Assembly: GCA_965216315.1 (NCBI GenBank)
Contig: CBDCFN010000016.1
Span: 416,001-480,000, forward strand
Length of the DNA stretch: 64,000 nucleotides
Source: a bacterium
Lineage (GTDB): Bacteria > UBA10199 > 2-02-FULL-50-16 > JAJFLM01
Direction of reading: 5' to 3'
The translations under genes and the position numbers were made by a program. This document shows, piece after piece, positions 10,284-20,601 of the stretch (position 1 is its first letter; every line of letters starts with the position of its first letter). Under the pieces are notes generated by a model. That model saw nothing but the letters and a program-made list of their open reading frames with translations. It was not told the DNA's origin and did not search any database.

Positions 10284-11616
10284 CATATTATTTACATTTA
10301 TATATTTACTGATTCCCGTTGCATCTTATCAAGTGCTGAAGGCGGCGCGTGTTGATCCATTTCGGGTAACAGTCCCTTCTATATTTTTTTGGTACTATCT
10401 GATGATTGCATATATAGGGATTTTACCAATTTGGTTTGATTGGACTTGGTATGACTATATAGACACAAGTAATAAAGAGCTTATTCTTGCCATGTACTTT
10501 TATAGCGCTTCCTGTCTCTTGCTTGTCATGGTTGGGTTTTTCTTTATGTCGCGTATGCGAGGATCGCAGGTCGCTGCGGATTGGACTCCACCTAAGGCGA
10601 TGAAGAAAATTGTTAATATTCCGATATTGATACTTGTTTTGATTTGTGCCGCTGTTACCGCGCTTTACTTAAGAAATTTTTCTTCATCAGTAATGAGTCT
10701 GGTAGTCTCAGGTGAAGTAGGTCAGGTGAAAGAGATGAGAAGTCAGATGGGGAATGATTTTGCTGGTCAGGGCCGCTATCATTATTATAGCATTTTTTTT
10801 AAAACCCTGCTCCCATTTTGTGTGTATCTTCTGTTGGCTCAAGCAATCATCGTTAAAAGGACATTTGCTAGAGTTTTCGCATTTCTGACCTTAGGTGGAG
10901 CTGTTTATGCAACTCTAATGGCAGGAGAGAAGGCACCAATTATCTGGCTTCTGTGTGGATGCTTCTTAGTTTATATCCATGCTCGCAAAGGGAACATTAG
11001 GCCCCGTACGGTTGTTGCAATGATAGCGTGCACGGCAATGATCATTGTGGGGCTGATCACAATGTTTGTTGGGGGGGAAGGCCGTACTGTAGCTGATTTG
11101 TCTGGATGGATTGTTAGCAGAATATTTGTTGGTGGCATCGTTCCAGCTTATTTTTATTTGCAGATGTTTCCTGGCCACCACGAATATTTATGGGGCGCTT
11201 CTTTGCCGAATCCAAGGAACATATTTCCCTGGGAACATTATCGTTTGACGGTTGAAGTGTCAGAATTTATGAAGGGTGGGGTGGCAACTTCCGATACGGT
11301 TGGTTCGGCACCAACTGCGTTTTGGGCGGAAGCATTTGTTAATTTTGGTCCTACTGGTCCTTTAATCGTGGCGCCGATTATCGGCATTATAATCTACATT
11401 ATTCATATCTTGTTAGGGCGATTGAAAGATAGCCCAATTAAAACAGCGTTGATTGTGTGGGTCGCCGTTCATTTTATGAAATTGGCAGAATCTGGGATTA
11501 CCGGTTATCTTTTGGATCTCGATTTGCTGCTAATTCTATTTATCAGTGGTTTGTTGTTGGTTGTTGATGGGCAGGTACGGCTTTTACCTAAGCGGATAGT
11601 AACTAATGCGGTTTAA
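10276..11616 (+). CDS. wzy: O-antigen polymerase (Wzy)
   Basis: About 11 TM segments with a periplasmic loop, EAFVNFG motif, flanked by a GT and a flippase. Confidence 0.7.
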   Translation: MDNILFTFIYLLIPVASYQVLKAARVDPFRVTVPSIFFWYYLMIAYIGILPIWFDWTWYDYIDTSNKELILAMYFYSASCLLLVMVGFFFMSRMRGSQVAADWTPPKAMKKIVNIPILILVLICAAVTALYLRNFSSSVMSLVVSGEVGQVKEMRSQMGNDFAGQGRYHYYSIFFKTLLPFCVYLLLAQAIIVKRTFARVFAFLTLGGAVYATLMAGEKAPIIWLLCGCFLVYIHARKGNIRPRTVVAMIACTAMIIVGLITMFVGGEGRTVADLSGWIVSRIFVGGIVPAYFYLQMFPGHHEYLWGASLPNPRNIFPWEHYRLTVEVSEFMKGGVATSDTVGSAPTAFWAEAFVNFGPTGPLIVAPIIGIIIYIIHILLGRLKDSPIKTALIVWVAVHFMKLAESGITGYLLDLDLLLILFISGLLLVVDGQVRLLPKRIVTNAV

Positions 11617-12895
11617 CTTACATAAATCGGAATTTGTCCGACATGCATTTACATTGTCTGCTGGGACGACATTAGCGCAGGTTATTCCAATTATTGCCGC
11701 ACCATTTCTGACGAGACTTTATGCTCCAGCTGATTTCGGTGTCTTTGCAACAATTCTAGCATTTTCATCAGCTGCTGTTATATTGGCAACGGGGCGTTAT
11801 GAGCATTCGATTGTTATCCCGAAGCTCAATGCAGATGCCGCAAGTATTGTGCTCGGTATTATAGGCATAGCGATCATTGTTAGCAGCGGGTTAGCTGTAG
11901 TCTTTGTACTTGCTCAGGGTGTGATAGTAGAACTTTTTAAGATTACGATTTCCGAGGTATGGATTAGTATTGTTCCCGCGATTGTATTGTTGTTAGCAGT
12001 CCAGAGTTCATTAAGTTACTGGGCAACGCGAAATAAGAAATTCAGACGTTTAGCACTAAGTCGTATAGTCACCTCAGGATTTACAGCTGTTTCAAGTTTG
12101 CTATTGGGAATATCAGGATATGGTGCCGAGGGACTGATTATAGGAATGATTGTTGGTCTCGTGGCCTGCAACTGCTTGTTGGCAATTCAGCTGCTGCGGG
12201 AGGATATGGAAATTTTTAGAAAGACGAATTTGTCATCGATTTTTCTACAGTTGAAGACGTATTCGAAATTTCCTAAGTACTCGGTGGCGGCTGATTTTTC
12301 AAATGTGCTGACGAATCAACTTCCTGTTCTCCTCTTATCATCGTTATTTGGGGTTGCAGCTTCTGGATTCTATTCTCTTACGAATCGAGTGCTTGGAAAG
12401 CCTGTATCAATCATTTCAGGAGCGGTATCAGATGTGTTTAAGCAGAAGGCCGGGCAGGACTTTGCCGAATATGGCACTTGCCGCCCTTTATTTATAAAGA
12501 CGGCGCGATCACTTACACTGATGTCTATATTGCCTTTCCTTGTTCTCATTTTATTTGCACCAAATCTTTTTGTTCTGGTTTTTGGAAGTTCGTGGAAAGA
12601 AGCAGGAGAGTTTGCGAGAATTCTCGCCATACTCTTTGCAGTCCGTTTTACGGTAAGTCCGTTAAGTTATGTCATTTATATCGTGCAGAAGCAGGAATAT
12701 GATTTGATTTGGCAATTAGCTCTTCTAGCAATGTCTGTTATGAGTATTTATCTTGGTTTCTGGGCTGGAAATGTTCTCTACAGCATTGGGTTCTATTCAA
12801 TTGCGTATTCAGCGATGTACATAGTGTATGCATTGCTGTCATATAATTTGTCTAAAGGAGATGGGGAACTTAAATTAGGAGTCTCGGAGACATGA
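11606..12895 (+). CDS. wzx: Second oligosaccharide flippase (WzxC/TuaB-like)
   Basis: GTTLAQ.I.....PFLTRLYAPADFG, RYEHSI and 12 or more TM segments. Confidence 0.85.
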   Translation: MRFNLHKSEFVRHAFTLSAGTTLAQVIPIIAAPFLTRLYAPADFGVFATILAFSSAAVILATGRYEHSIVIPKLNADAASIVLGIIGIAIIVSSGLAVVFVLAQGVIVELFKITISEVWISIVPAIVLLLAVQSSLSYWATRNKKFRRLALSRIVTSGFTAVSSLLLGISGYGAEGLIIGMIVGLVACNCLLAIQLLREDMEIFRKTNLSSIFLQLKTYSKFPKYSVAADFSNVLTNQLPVLLLSSLFGVAASGFYSLTNRVLGKPVSIISGAVSDVFKQKAGQDFAEYGTCRPLFIKTARSLTLMSILPFLVLILFAPNLFVLVFGSSWKEAGEFARILAILFAVRFTVSPLSYVIYIVQKQEYDLIWQLALLAMSVMSIYLGFWAGNVLYSIGFYSIAYSAMYIVYALLSYNLSKGDGELKLGVSET

Positions 12896-13518
12896 TTACG
12901 ATAGTCGACTATGGAATGGGTAATTTGGCTTCAATAAAGAATATGCTGCGTAAACTTGGAGAGGATTCAATTATATCAAATGATCCAAAGGATATAGAGG
13001 CTGCGTCTTCGCTGATCTTACCAGGCGTTGGAGCTTTCGACTATGGAATGAAAAATATGAAACGACTGAATCTTATTCAAGTACTTGAATCAAAGGTTTT
13101 AGGTGAAAGAGTACCTATGCTAGGGATATGTCTTGGCATGCAGCTCTTGACTAAAAAAAGTGAAGAAGGATCTGAAGACGGACTCGGCTGGGTCAATGCG
13201 GTTACCGTGAAGTTTGAACAAGATAGTATAGGTAAGAGTTTGAAAGTTCCTCATATGGGATGGAACGCAATAAAAATGAAGAACTCACCCTTATTTGCTG
13301 ATCTCGAAGATAAGAGCCGTTTCTATTTTGTTCATTCATATTATGTGAAGACTACGCATGAAGAAAATATTGCTGCAACGACGACTTATGGTCAAGAATT
13401 CACTTCAGCTATCAACGACGATAATATATATGGTGTACAATTTCATCCAGAAAAGAGCCACCGTTATGGAATGCAGCTACTACGCAACTTTATAGGAATA
13501 TCTACTAGTGCTTCTTAA
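12892..13518 (+). CDS. hisH: Glutamine amidotransferase, HisH2/WbuY-like
   Basis: IVDYGMGN, LPGVGAF, GICLGMQ, PHMGWN and QFHPEKS. Located in a glycan locus. Confidence 0.9.
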   Translation: MITIVDYGMGNLASIKNMLRKLGEDSIISNDPKDIEAASSLILPGVGAFDYGMKNMKRLNLIQVLESKVLGERVPMLGICLGMQLLTKKSEEGSEDGLGWVNAVTVKFEQDSIGKSLKVPHMGWNAIKMKNSPLFADLEDKSRFYFVHSYYVKTTHEENIAATTTYGQEFTSAINDDNIYGVQFHPEKSHRYGMQLLRNFIGISTSAS

Positions 13519-14293
13519 TAGATTGATTCCCGTCCTTTTGCTTAAGGATGGCGGGCTTGTAAAGACAAGGAAATTTGCAGATCCTGTCTATCTTGGCGAT
13601 CCCGTCAACGCAGTGAAAATATTTAATGAGAAATGTGTTGATGAACTGATAATCCTAGATATTACGGCAAGTCTTTCGAAGTCAAAGCCTCAATTGCAGC
13701 TCATTGAAGAGGTAGCAGGAGAATGTTTTATGCCTATTGCTTACGGAGGAGGCATTAGAGATTTGGAAGATATTAGAGCTATTTTGAGCCTAGGTGTTGA
13801 AAAAGTAGTTCTAAATACCATTTTTTCAGAGTGCCCTGGATTAGTGAGAGAGGCAGCAGATATGTTTGGAAGTCAGAGTATCGTTGTATCCTTTGATGTG
13901 AAGAGGAATTTATTTGGTAAGACTGCTGTATACGCGGTGGGTGGAAGGCGCCGTGTGAGTATGTCGCCTGTGGATTATGCACAATTTGCTGAAGACCAGG
14001 GAGCGGGAGAGCTATTTGTTAACTCCATCGATAGAGATGGATCAATGGCCGGATTCGATCTAGAGTTAATCAATGAAGTAACTCATTCAGTAAAGATTCC
14101 TACAATTGTATGTGGTGGTGCCGGGAGTTTAGCGGATTGTAAGCTAGCATTAAATTCGGGCGCGTCAGCTGTGGCCGCAGGAAGCTACTTTGTATTTCAG
14201 GGGAAGCACAGGGCTGTCCTGATATCATATCCATCCGAAGAAGAAATAAATAAAGTGATTAACGTCAGTGGAGAAAAAAATGCAAATAAATGA
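13508..14293 (+). CDS. hisF: HisF2/AglZ/WbuZ-like acetamidino-modification cyclase-fold subunit
   Basis: LVKTRKF..PVYLGDPVNAVKIFNEK.VDEL, YGGGI and SIDRDG. C-terminal AVLISYP is typical of HisF2. Confidence 0.88.
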   Translation: MLLNRLIPVLLLKDGGLVKTRKFADPVYLGDPVNAVKIFNEKCVDELIILDITASLSKSKPQLQLIEEVAGECFMPIAYGGGIRDLEDIRAILSLGVEKVVLNTIFSECPGLVREAADMFGSQSIVVSFDVKRNLFGKTAVYAVGGRRRVSMSPVDYAQFAEDQGAGELFVNSIDRDGSMAGFDLELINEVTHSVKIPTIVCGGAGSLADCKLALNSGASAVAAGSYFVFQGKHRAVLISYPSEEEINKVINVSGEKNANK

Positions 14294-15464
14294 GTATAGA
14301 ATTTGTAATTGGTGTGTAATGGATACGACGGATCCTCAAATATCTTTTGATGAGAACGGGATTTGCAATCATTGTAAAGAATCTCAAGTAATGCTGGAGA
14401 AAATAAGTAGTTCTACATATGCTGCTAGGCAGTTAGAGCTAGGCCAAATTGTAGAGGAAATAAAAAAGGTAGGTGAAAAAAATGAATATGATTGCATCAT
14501 CGGTTTGAGCGGTGGGGTTGATAGTTCATATCTAGCGTATTTGGCAAAAAAACTTGGACTAAGAGTGCTAGCAATTCATGTTGATACCGGTTGGAACTCA
14601 GAGCTCGCGGTGAAAAATATTGAGCTCCTAGTGAGAAGGCTAGGCATTGATCTTTATACATTTGTTGTCGATTGGCCGGAAATGAGAGATCTCCAATTAT
14701 CATTTCTGAAGGCTGCGGTTGCTAATCAGGATACACCTCAAGACCATGTGATACATGCCGCTCTTCATAGAGTCGCCGTAGAAAAAAAGATCAGTTATAT
14801 TTTATCGGGTAGTAATTATTCTACTGAATGCATTCTTCCCAAGGCATGGGGGCACAGTGCAATGGATCTTCGGCAGATAAAGGCGATACAAAAGAAGTAT
14901 GGTACTGTAAAGTTAAAGAAATTTCCGCAATTAGGACTCTTTAAATATTATATTTATTACCCTTATATAAGACGGCTCAAGACAATTAAGCTACTGAACT
15001 ATTATAACTACGTGAAATCAGAAGCGATGCAGGTTTTGGAGCAGGATCTTGGATGGAGATATTATGGTGGAAAGCACTATGAGTCAGTGTTTACGAAATT
15101 TTTTCAGTCTTATTATCTTCCCGAAAAATTTGGTTTTGACAAACGAAAAGCCCACCTTGCAAGTTTAATTGCCTCAGGGCAAATGACAAGGGATGATGCA
15201 TTGGTGGAGTTACAGCAACCTCTATATAATGAAAAAGAGTTGGTGGAGGATAAAGGGTATATTTGTAAGAAGCTTGGGCTTACAGTGGAAAAATTCGATG
15301 AATTATTGAGCGCCCCTAATAAGCACTATTTGCAGTATCCATCAGGACAAATGTTTTTTAAAATAAAAGGTAAGCTTGGGAGCGTGAAGAGGTATTTAAA
15401 AAGAATAATCTCTCAGAATCGCCCAATTACCTCTCCGAGAGAAGAAGTGAAATCCAAGAGCTAA
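14280..15464 (+). CDS. N-acetyl sugar amidotransferase (WbuX/WbpG family)
   Basis: CxxCVMDTTDP...C.HC, PP-loop IGLSGGVDSSY and YGGKHYES. Confidence 0.9.
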   Translation: MQINEYRICNWCVMDTTDPQISFDENGICNHCKESQVMLEKISSSTYAARQLELGQIVEEIKKVGEKNEYDCIIGLSGGVDSSYLAYLAKKLGLRVLAIHVDTGWNSELAVKNIELLVRRLGIDLYTFVVDWPEMRDLQLSFLKAAVANQDTPQDHVIHAALHRVAVEKKISYILSGSNYSTECILPKAWGHSAMDLRQIKAIQKKYGTVKLKKFPQLGLFKYYIYYPYIRRLKTIKLLNYYNYVKSEAMQVLEQDLGWRYYGGKHYESVFTKFFQSYYLPEKFGFDKRKAHLASLIASGQMTRDDALVELQQPLYNEKELVEDKGYICKKLGLTVEKFDELLSAPNKHYLQYPSGQMFFKIKGKLGSVKRYLKRIISQNRPITSPREEVKSKS

Positions 15465-15478
15465 GTCGTAAAGAAATC

Positions 15479-16606
15479 ATGAAATTATGTGTGCATCTGA
15501 CGCTTAAGTCTAAGCTTATGACATCTCGTATTCTTAGAGAGTGTAGGACAGGTGTGTCTCAGGGAGTATTCGATCATGTTGAGGTCGTCGGCCTTAAAGA
15601 AGATGGGTTCCCAACGGTGGATACAGTGGAAGAAGGCATTACGGTTAGTAGAATTGATCTCAAGTCTAAACGTTTTTCTAAGATACTCATGATGCAACTC
15701 TTTAAGTATTGTGAATGGGTATATCGATTATTGAAACAATATAAGAATAGAAAAGTTTCCGTTATTCATTGTCATGGATTAGGGACTTTGCCTGCCTCAT
15801 TGGTTTTGAAGTGGCGATATGGATGTAAGCTTGTCTATGACGCGCATGAATTAGAGACCGAAAGTTCAGGCCTTAGTGGGATGCGAAAGGCATTAAGTAA
15901 GATAGTTGAAAGAATATGTATAAAACACGTAGATAGTGTTCTCGTAGTTAGTGATTCCATTGCAGCATGGTATGAAAAGAAGTACCCGATGCAAGAGCCA
16001 TTTGTTGTTAGGAATGTTCCATACGCCCTTAAATCTATCGATAAAAATGGGGCCCTCAGAGATGAGTTTGGGCTAAGCTCTCTCGATTTAATTTTCTTAT
16101 ATCAAGGTGGGTTCGAAGCAGGACGGGGAATTGAAACCATGCTGGATGTATTTACTGATGGAAATGATAATAGGCATCTAGTTTTCATGGGGTATGGCTC
16201 TTTATCTGGGAAGATAAAGTCTTATGCTGAAAAATACCCTAATATTCATTATCGAGATGCAGTTAGTTCTGATGATTTGCTTAAGTATACAGCAAGTGCA
16301 GATGTTGGGATGAGCTTAATTGAGAATTCATGTTTAAGCTATTTCTATTCATTACCTAATAAACTATTTGAATACATGATGGCTGGCTTGCCAATCATTG
16401 GAAGTGATTTTCCTGAAATTAAGAAGGTAATCAAACGCAATGATTGCGGGTGGGTGGTTGATGCAGAGCCTCATTATCTCAAGAGCATGATTAGGGATAT
16501 TAAAAGAGCTGACATCCAAGATAAAGCTGAGGGCGCAAAAAAAGCGCGGCATGATTACACTTGGGAAAAAGAACAGACTGTGCTTCTAGCGGCATATAAC
16601 GCATAG
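15479..16606 (+). CDS. Glycosyltransferase family 4
   Basis: VYDAHE, RGIE and PNKLFEYMMAGLP. Confidence 0.88.
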   Translation: MKLCVHLTLKSKLMTSRILRECRTGVSQGVFDHVEVVGLKEDGFPTVDTVEEGITVSRIDLKSKRFSKILMMQLFKYCEWVYRLLKQYKNRKVSVIHCHGLGTLPASLVLKWRYGCKLVYDAHELETESSGLSGMRKALSKIVERICIKHVDSVLVVSDSIAAWYEKKYPMQEPFVVRNVPYALKSIDKNGALRDEFGLSSLDLIFLYQGGFEAGRGIETMLDVFTDGNDNRHLVFMGYGSLSGKIKSYAEKYPNIHYRDAVSSDDLLKYTASADVGMSLIENSCLSYFYSLPNKLFEYMMAGLPIIGSDFPEIKKVIKRNDCGWVVDAEPHYLKSMIRDIKRADIQDKAEGAKKARHDYTWEKEQTVLLAAYNA

Positions 16607-16616
16607 ATTGGTAGCT

Positions 16617-17735
16617 ATGACTCGAATCGTCCATATGACTTCTGTTCATCCGTATGATGATATTCGCATATTCCAAAAAATGTGTACTTCCTTGGCGAAT
16701 GCCGGCTACGATGCTCATATTGTCGCTCCGATTGATAGAGAAGAAGATATACAATCCATGACGAGGGTTAAAGTCCATCGCGTTCCAAAGCCAAAATCAC
16801 GATGGGAGCGATTTCGGCGTACGCGGAAACAGGTTATGCAAGAGGCATTGAACTTGAAAGCGGACATATATCACTTTCATGATCCAGAATTGTTGCCTAT
16901 AGGGCTAAAGATTCAAAAAATATTAAAAGTTCCTGTCATCTATGATGTTCATGAGGATGTAAGATTGCAAGTATTGAACAAAGAATGGATCAAGCCGTGG
17001 GCACGAAAGATCGTTGGAAAATTATTCGGACGGTATGAGGATAATATTGCTATGCAGCTCGCTGGTATTGTCTCTGCAACACCTTCAATTTCTCAAAGGT
17101 TTTCGGGACATAGGAACTCTATCATTGTCCAGAATTTTGCTCTACTCAATGAATTTATACGAGACGAAACTGGAAATAATAGCAAACGAAATATTTGTGT
17201 TTATGCAGGCACGATATCAAAGGAAAGGGGTGTCGTTCAGATAATTGAGGCAGTATCTCGAGCGGAGCCCGAAACTAAGTTATTGCTTGCGGGTAATATG
17301 GCATCCAATGAGCTCTATCATGAGCTAAAAAAAATGAATGAATGGAAACATGTGGATTACAAGGGGTTAGTGACAAGAAATGATATTGCAAAATATTATT
17401 CTCAAGCGTTGGTTGGTATGATTATGTTCCATCCTTTGCCGAACCATATGAATGCTCAGCCGAATAAATTGTTCGAGTATATGGGCGCCGGGTTGCCGGT
17501 TATCGTGTCTGACTTCCCGAGTTGGAGAGAAATTGTTTCACGGCTAAAGTGTGGAATATTAGTAGACCCATTAGATACACGCTCCATTACACAGGCTGTA
17601 GAATATTTGCTTACTCATCCGGAAGAAGCCGAGGAAATGGGACAGAGAGGGAAGAGGGCAGTTGAGGAGCAATATAATTGGTCACGTGAGGAGAAGAAAT
17701 TATTTTCTTTTTACGAATCAATATCGATTAATTAG
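16617..17735 (+). CDS. Glycosyltransferase family 4 (WbpH-like)
   Basis: SVHPYDDIRIF, HFHDPEL, YDVHE and PNKLFEYM. Confidence 0.88.
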   Translation: MTRIVHMTSVHPYDDIRIFQKMCTSLANAGYDAHIVAPIDREEDIQSMTRVKVHRVPKPKSRWERFRRTRKQVMQEALNLKADIYHFHDPELLPIGLKIQKILKVPVIYDVHEDVRLQVLNKEWIKPWARKIVGKLFGRYEDNIAMQLAGIVSATPSISQRFSGHRNSIIVQNFALLNEFIRDETGNNSKRNICVYAGTISKERGVVQIIEAVSRAEPETKLLLAGNMASNELYHELKKMNEWKHVDYKGLVTRNDIAKYYSQALVGMIMFHPLPNHMNAQPNKLFEYMGAGLPVIVSDFPSWREIVSRLKCGILVDPLDTRSITQAVEYLLTHPEEAEEMGQRGKRAVEEQYNWSREEKKLFSFYESISIN

Positions 17736-17823
17736 AAGGTTTTAAGTAGATGAGAGAGGATACGTTTTATTTTGATCTGATGAATCAAGACTGGAATTTT
17801 TTCTCGGGAAAGGTGGTAATGAA

Positions 17824-18888
17824 ATGTCTGCGATACGCTTCGCCTTGATTGGCTGCAGTAATATAACAAAGAAACATGCTGTCTCACTGGGACGGATTGA
17901 ACATGCAAAACTAGCAGCTGTCTGCGATATTAATGAGGAAAGGGCAATGGCTTTCGGTAACGAATATGATGTCCCATACTATCGAGATTATCATGAAATG
18001 TTTGATAAAGAAGAGATTGATGTCGTTACGGTTCTAACACCGTCTGGAGACCATGCCAAACGGGTGCTGGACCTGGTGCAATATAAGAAGCACATTGTTG
18101 TTGAAAAGCCTATGGCACTGCGTCTCGACGACGCCGATGCCATTATTCGTGCTTGTGATGAGGCTGGAATTAAGCTCTTTGTCGTAAAGCAAAATCGCTA
18201 CAATCGTCCTATCCAGGCATTGCGTAGAGCAATTGATGCCGGCAGATTCGGCAAACTAGTCCTCGGAACCGTCAGAGTGCGTTGGTGCCGACCTCAAGAG
18301 TACTATGATGCAGCGTCTTGGCGAGGGACCTGGGCATATGATGGAGGTGTTCTGACTAATCAGGCAAGCCATCATATTGATATGCTGGAGTGGATGATGG
18401 GAGGTGTTGAAAGTGTAACAGCTATGACAACGACAAGGCTAGCCAATATAGAGGTTGAAGATACTGGAGTCGCTGTTTTGCGGTTTCAAAGTGGAGCCTT
18501 GGGTATTATCGAAGCGACGACAGCCACGCGGCCGAAAGATCTCGAGGGGTCGATTTCCATTCTTGGCGAAAAAGGGAGTGCTGTTGTCTCTGGATTTTCC
18601 ATGAACAAACTAACGACTTGGGAATTTTCAGAGGCTGAAGAGCTAGATAAAAATATGCCTGGGCCAGATTGGGATAATCCTGATGAATTCGCCTGGAATC
18701 ACACCGCGTATCTGCGGGACGTAGTTGAATGCATTCGCAATAATAAAAAAGCTCTTGTAGATGGATTGGAAGGTCGAAAATCTCTTGAATTAATCAACGC
18801 TATCTATGAGTCTTCGGAAACAGGGAAGGAAGTATTCCTAAGGTTTCGCCCAAAACAGTGTAGGCTCGGGATGCAAAAAAATGACTGA
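17824..18888 (+). CDS. Gfo/Idh/MocA oxidoreductase, WbpB/WlbA-like UDP-GlcNAcA 3-dehydrogenase
   Basis: VEKPMAL, VKQNRYN and [14 protein letters not shown]. Adjacent to an acyltransferase and an aminotransferase. Confidence 0.85.
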   Translation: MSAIRFALIGCSNITKKHAVSLGRIEHAKLAAVCDINEERAMAFGNEYDVPYYRDYHEMFDKEEIDVVTVLTPSGDHAKRVLDLVQYKKHIVVEKPMALRLDDADAIIRACDEAGIKLFVVKQNRYNRPIQALRRAIDAGRFGKLVLGTVRVRWCRPQEYYDAASWRGTWAYDGGVLTNQASHHIDMLEWMMGGVESVTAMTTTRLANIEVEDTGVAVLRFQSGALGIIEATTATRPKDLEGSISILGEKGSAVVSGFSMNKLTTWEFSEAEELDKNMPGPDWDNPDEFAWNHTAYLRDVVECIRNNKKALVDGLEGRKSLELINAIYESSETGKEVFLRFRPKQCRLGMQKND

Positions 18889-19504
18889 GAGTAGAATATA
18901 CGCCAATGTTAAAATCGGCAATGCTTCCGAAATAGGGCCCTTCGCGCTCATTGGCGTGCCAGCACGCGGACAGCAAGAAGGAGAAATAGCTACTTCAATC
19001 GGTTCAGATGCGATTGTACGTAGTCATACTGTTATATATGCGGGAAACCAAATCGGTGATCGTTTTCATGTCGGGCACGGAGCGATGATCCGTGAACATA
19101 ATCATATTGGAGACGATGTGAGTATTGGCACGTCTTCAGTCATTGAACACCATATTGTCATCGAAAATGGCGTTCGTATTCACTCATGTGTCTTTATACC
19201 CGAATATTCTAAACTAGAAGAACATTGCTGGATTGGCCCTAATGTAGTGATGACAAACGCCAAATATCCTCGTTCTGTAACGGTCAAAGACAACCTTAAA
19301 GGAGTGACTGTCAGAAAGGGTGCCAAGATAGGGGCTAATAGTACTTTGTTGCCCGGAATTGAGATTGGAGAAAATGCTCTGGTTGGGGCAGGTAGTGTTG
19401 TAGTAAGAGATGTGCCGGCAGGTGCTGTTGTTGCAGGAAACCCTGCACGTATGATTAATGATATATCAGAGCTGCCATATAACGTTGAAAGGAAAGTATT
19501 GTGA
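18881..19504 (+). CDS. Hexapeptide-repeat N-acyltransferase (WbpD/WlbB-like)
   Basis: Left-handed beta-helix repeats: [24 protein letters not shown]...VVAGNPAR. Confidence 0.85.
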   Translation: MTESRIYANVKIGNASEIGPFALIGVPARGQQEGEIATSIGSDAIVRSHTVIYAGNQIGDRFHVGHGAMIREHNHIGDDVSIGTSSVIEHHIVIENGVRIHSCVFIPEYSKLEEHCWIGPNVVMTNAKYPRSVTVKDNLKGVTVRKGAKIGANSTLLPGIEIGENALVGAGSVVVRDVPAGAVVAGNPARMINDISELPYNVERKVL

Positions 19505-20601
19505 CAATACCATTGGTTGATCTAAAGGCCCAGTATGCAGCTATTAAAGAGGAGGTGGATGCTGCTCTTCATGAGGTGATTCAGGCGACGGCTTTCGTGG
19601 GCGGGCCGTTTCTTAAGAGGTTTGAGGAGGAATTCGCGGCTTATTGCGGGACACAGCATGCAGCTGGAACCAGTAATGGAACTGACGCCATTCGCCTTGC
19701 TTTATTGGCATGCGATGTAAAGCCTGGGGACGAAGTGATTACTGTTCCTAATACTTTCATCGCCACTACAGAGGCTATCAGCATGATTGGGGCGAAAGTA
19801 CGCTTCGTAGATGTAGAGTCTAGCAGCTCCAATATGGATCCCAATCTGCTGGAGGCAGCTATTACGCCACGAACGAGCGCGATTATTCCGGTGCATCTAT
19901 ATGGTCGGCCTGCGGATATGGATCCCATCCTCGAAATCGCTAAATTGCATAATATTAAAGTTATTGGAGACGCCGCCCAGGCGCACGGTGCTGCGTACAA
20001 AGGTCGCAAGATCGGCACGCTTGGCGATGCTGCTACTTTCAGTTTCTATCCGGGTAAAAATCTGGGTGCATATGGTGACGCAGGTGCGGTTGTCACGGAT
20101 AATCCTGATATTGCTGAAAAGGTTGCTGCGTTGCGGGATCACGGTCGAACTAAGAAGTACGAACATGACATTGAAGGATTTAATTGTAGGATGGATGGAA
20201 TTCAAGCTGCCGTTTTATCGGTCAAGTTGAAGTACCTCGAACAATGGACATTACAAAGAATAAGAAATGCCGAATTGTATAATGAGTTACTTGTTGGCAC
20301 GCCCGATGTGACTTTACCCGTGAATTCGAGTGAAGATTTCTACTCTGTATACCATTTATATGCTATTCGCACTCCACATCGAAATAGATTGCAAAAACAC
20401 TTAGATCAACAGGGCATCAAGACCGGTATTCATTATCCGATACCGCTGCATCTCCAGAAGGCTTATGCGTATTTGGACCTTACAGTAGGAAGTTATCCTG
20501 TTGCTGAAGAGTTGGCAGGTCAAATTTTGTCGTTACCGATGTTTCCGGAATTAAATGCTGAATCTATAAAATTTATCGCCGAGCAAATCAGGAAATTATA
20601 A
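19501..20601 (+). CDS. DegT/DnrJ/EryC1/StrS aminotransferase (WbpE/WlbC-like)
   Basis: [16 protein letters not shown] and [15 protein letters not shown]. Confidence 0.92.
   Translation: MTIPLVDLKAQYAAIKEEVDAALHEVIQATAFVGGPFLKRFEEEFAAYCGTQHAAGTSNGTDAIRLALLACDVKPGDEVITVPNTFIATTEAISMIGAKVRFVDVESSSSNMDPNLLEAAITPRTSAIIPVHLYGRPADMDPILEIAKLHNIKVIGDAAQAHGAAYKGRKIGTLGDAATFSFYPGKNLGAYGDAGAVVTDNPDIAEKVAALRDHGRTKKYEHDIEGFNCRMDGIQAAVLSVKLKYLEQWTLQRIRNAELYNELLVGTPDVTLPVNSSEDFYSVYHLYAIRTPHRNRLQKHLDQQGIKTGIHYPIPLHLQKAYAYLDLTVGSYPVAEELAGQILSLPMFPELNAESIKFIAEQIRKL

Noticed and set aside
12892..14293. hisH/hisF as a histidine biosynthesis operon
   Set aside because: No other his genes. Context with a WbuX-like amidotransferase indicates glycan-modification paralogs.
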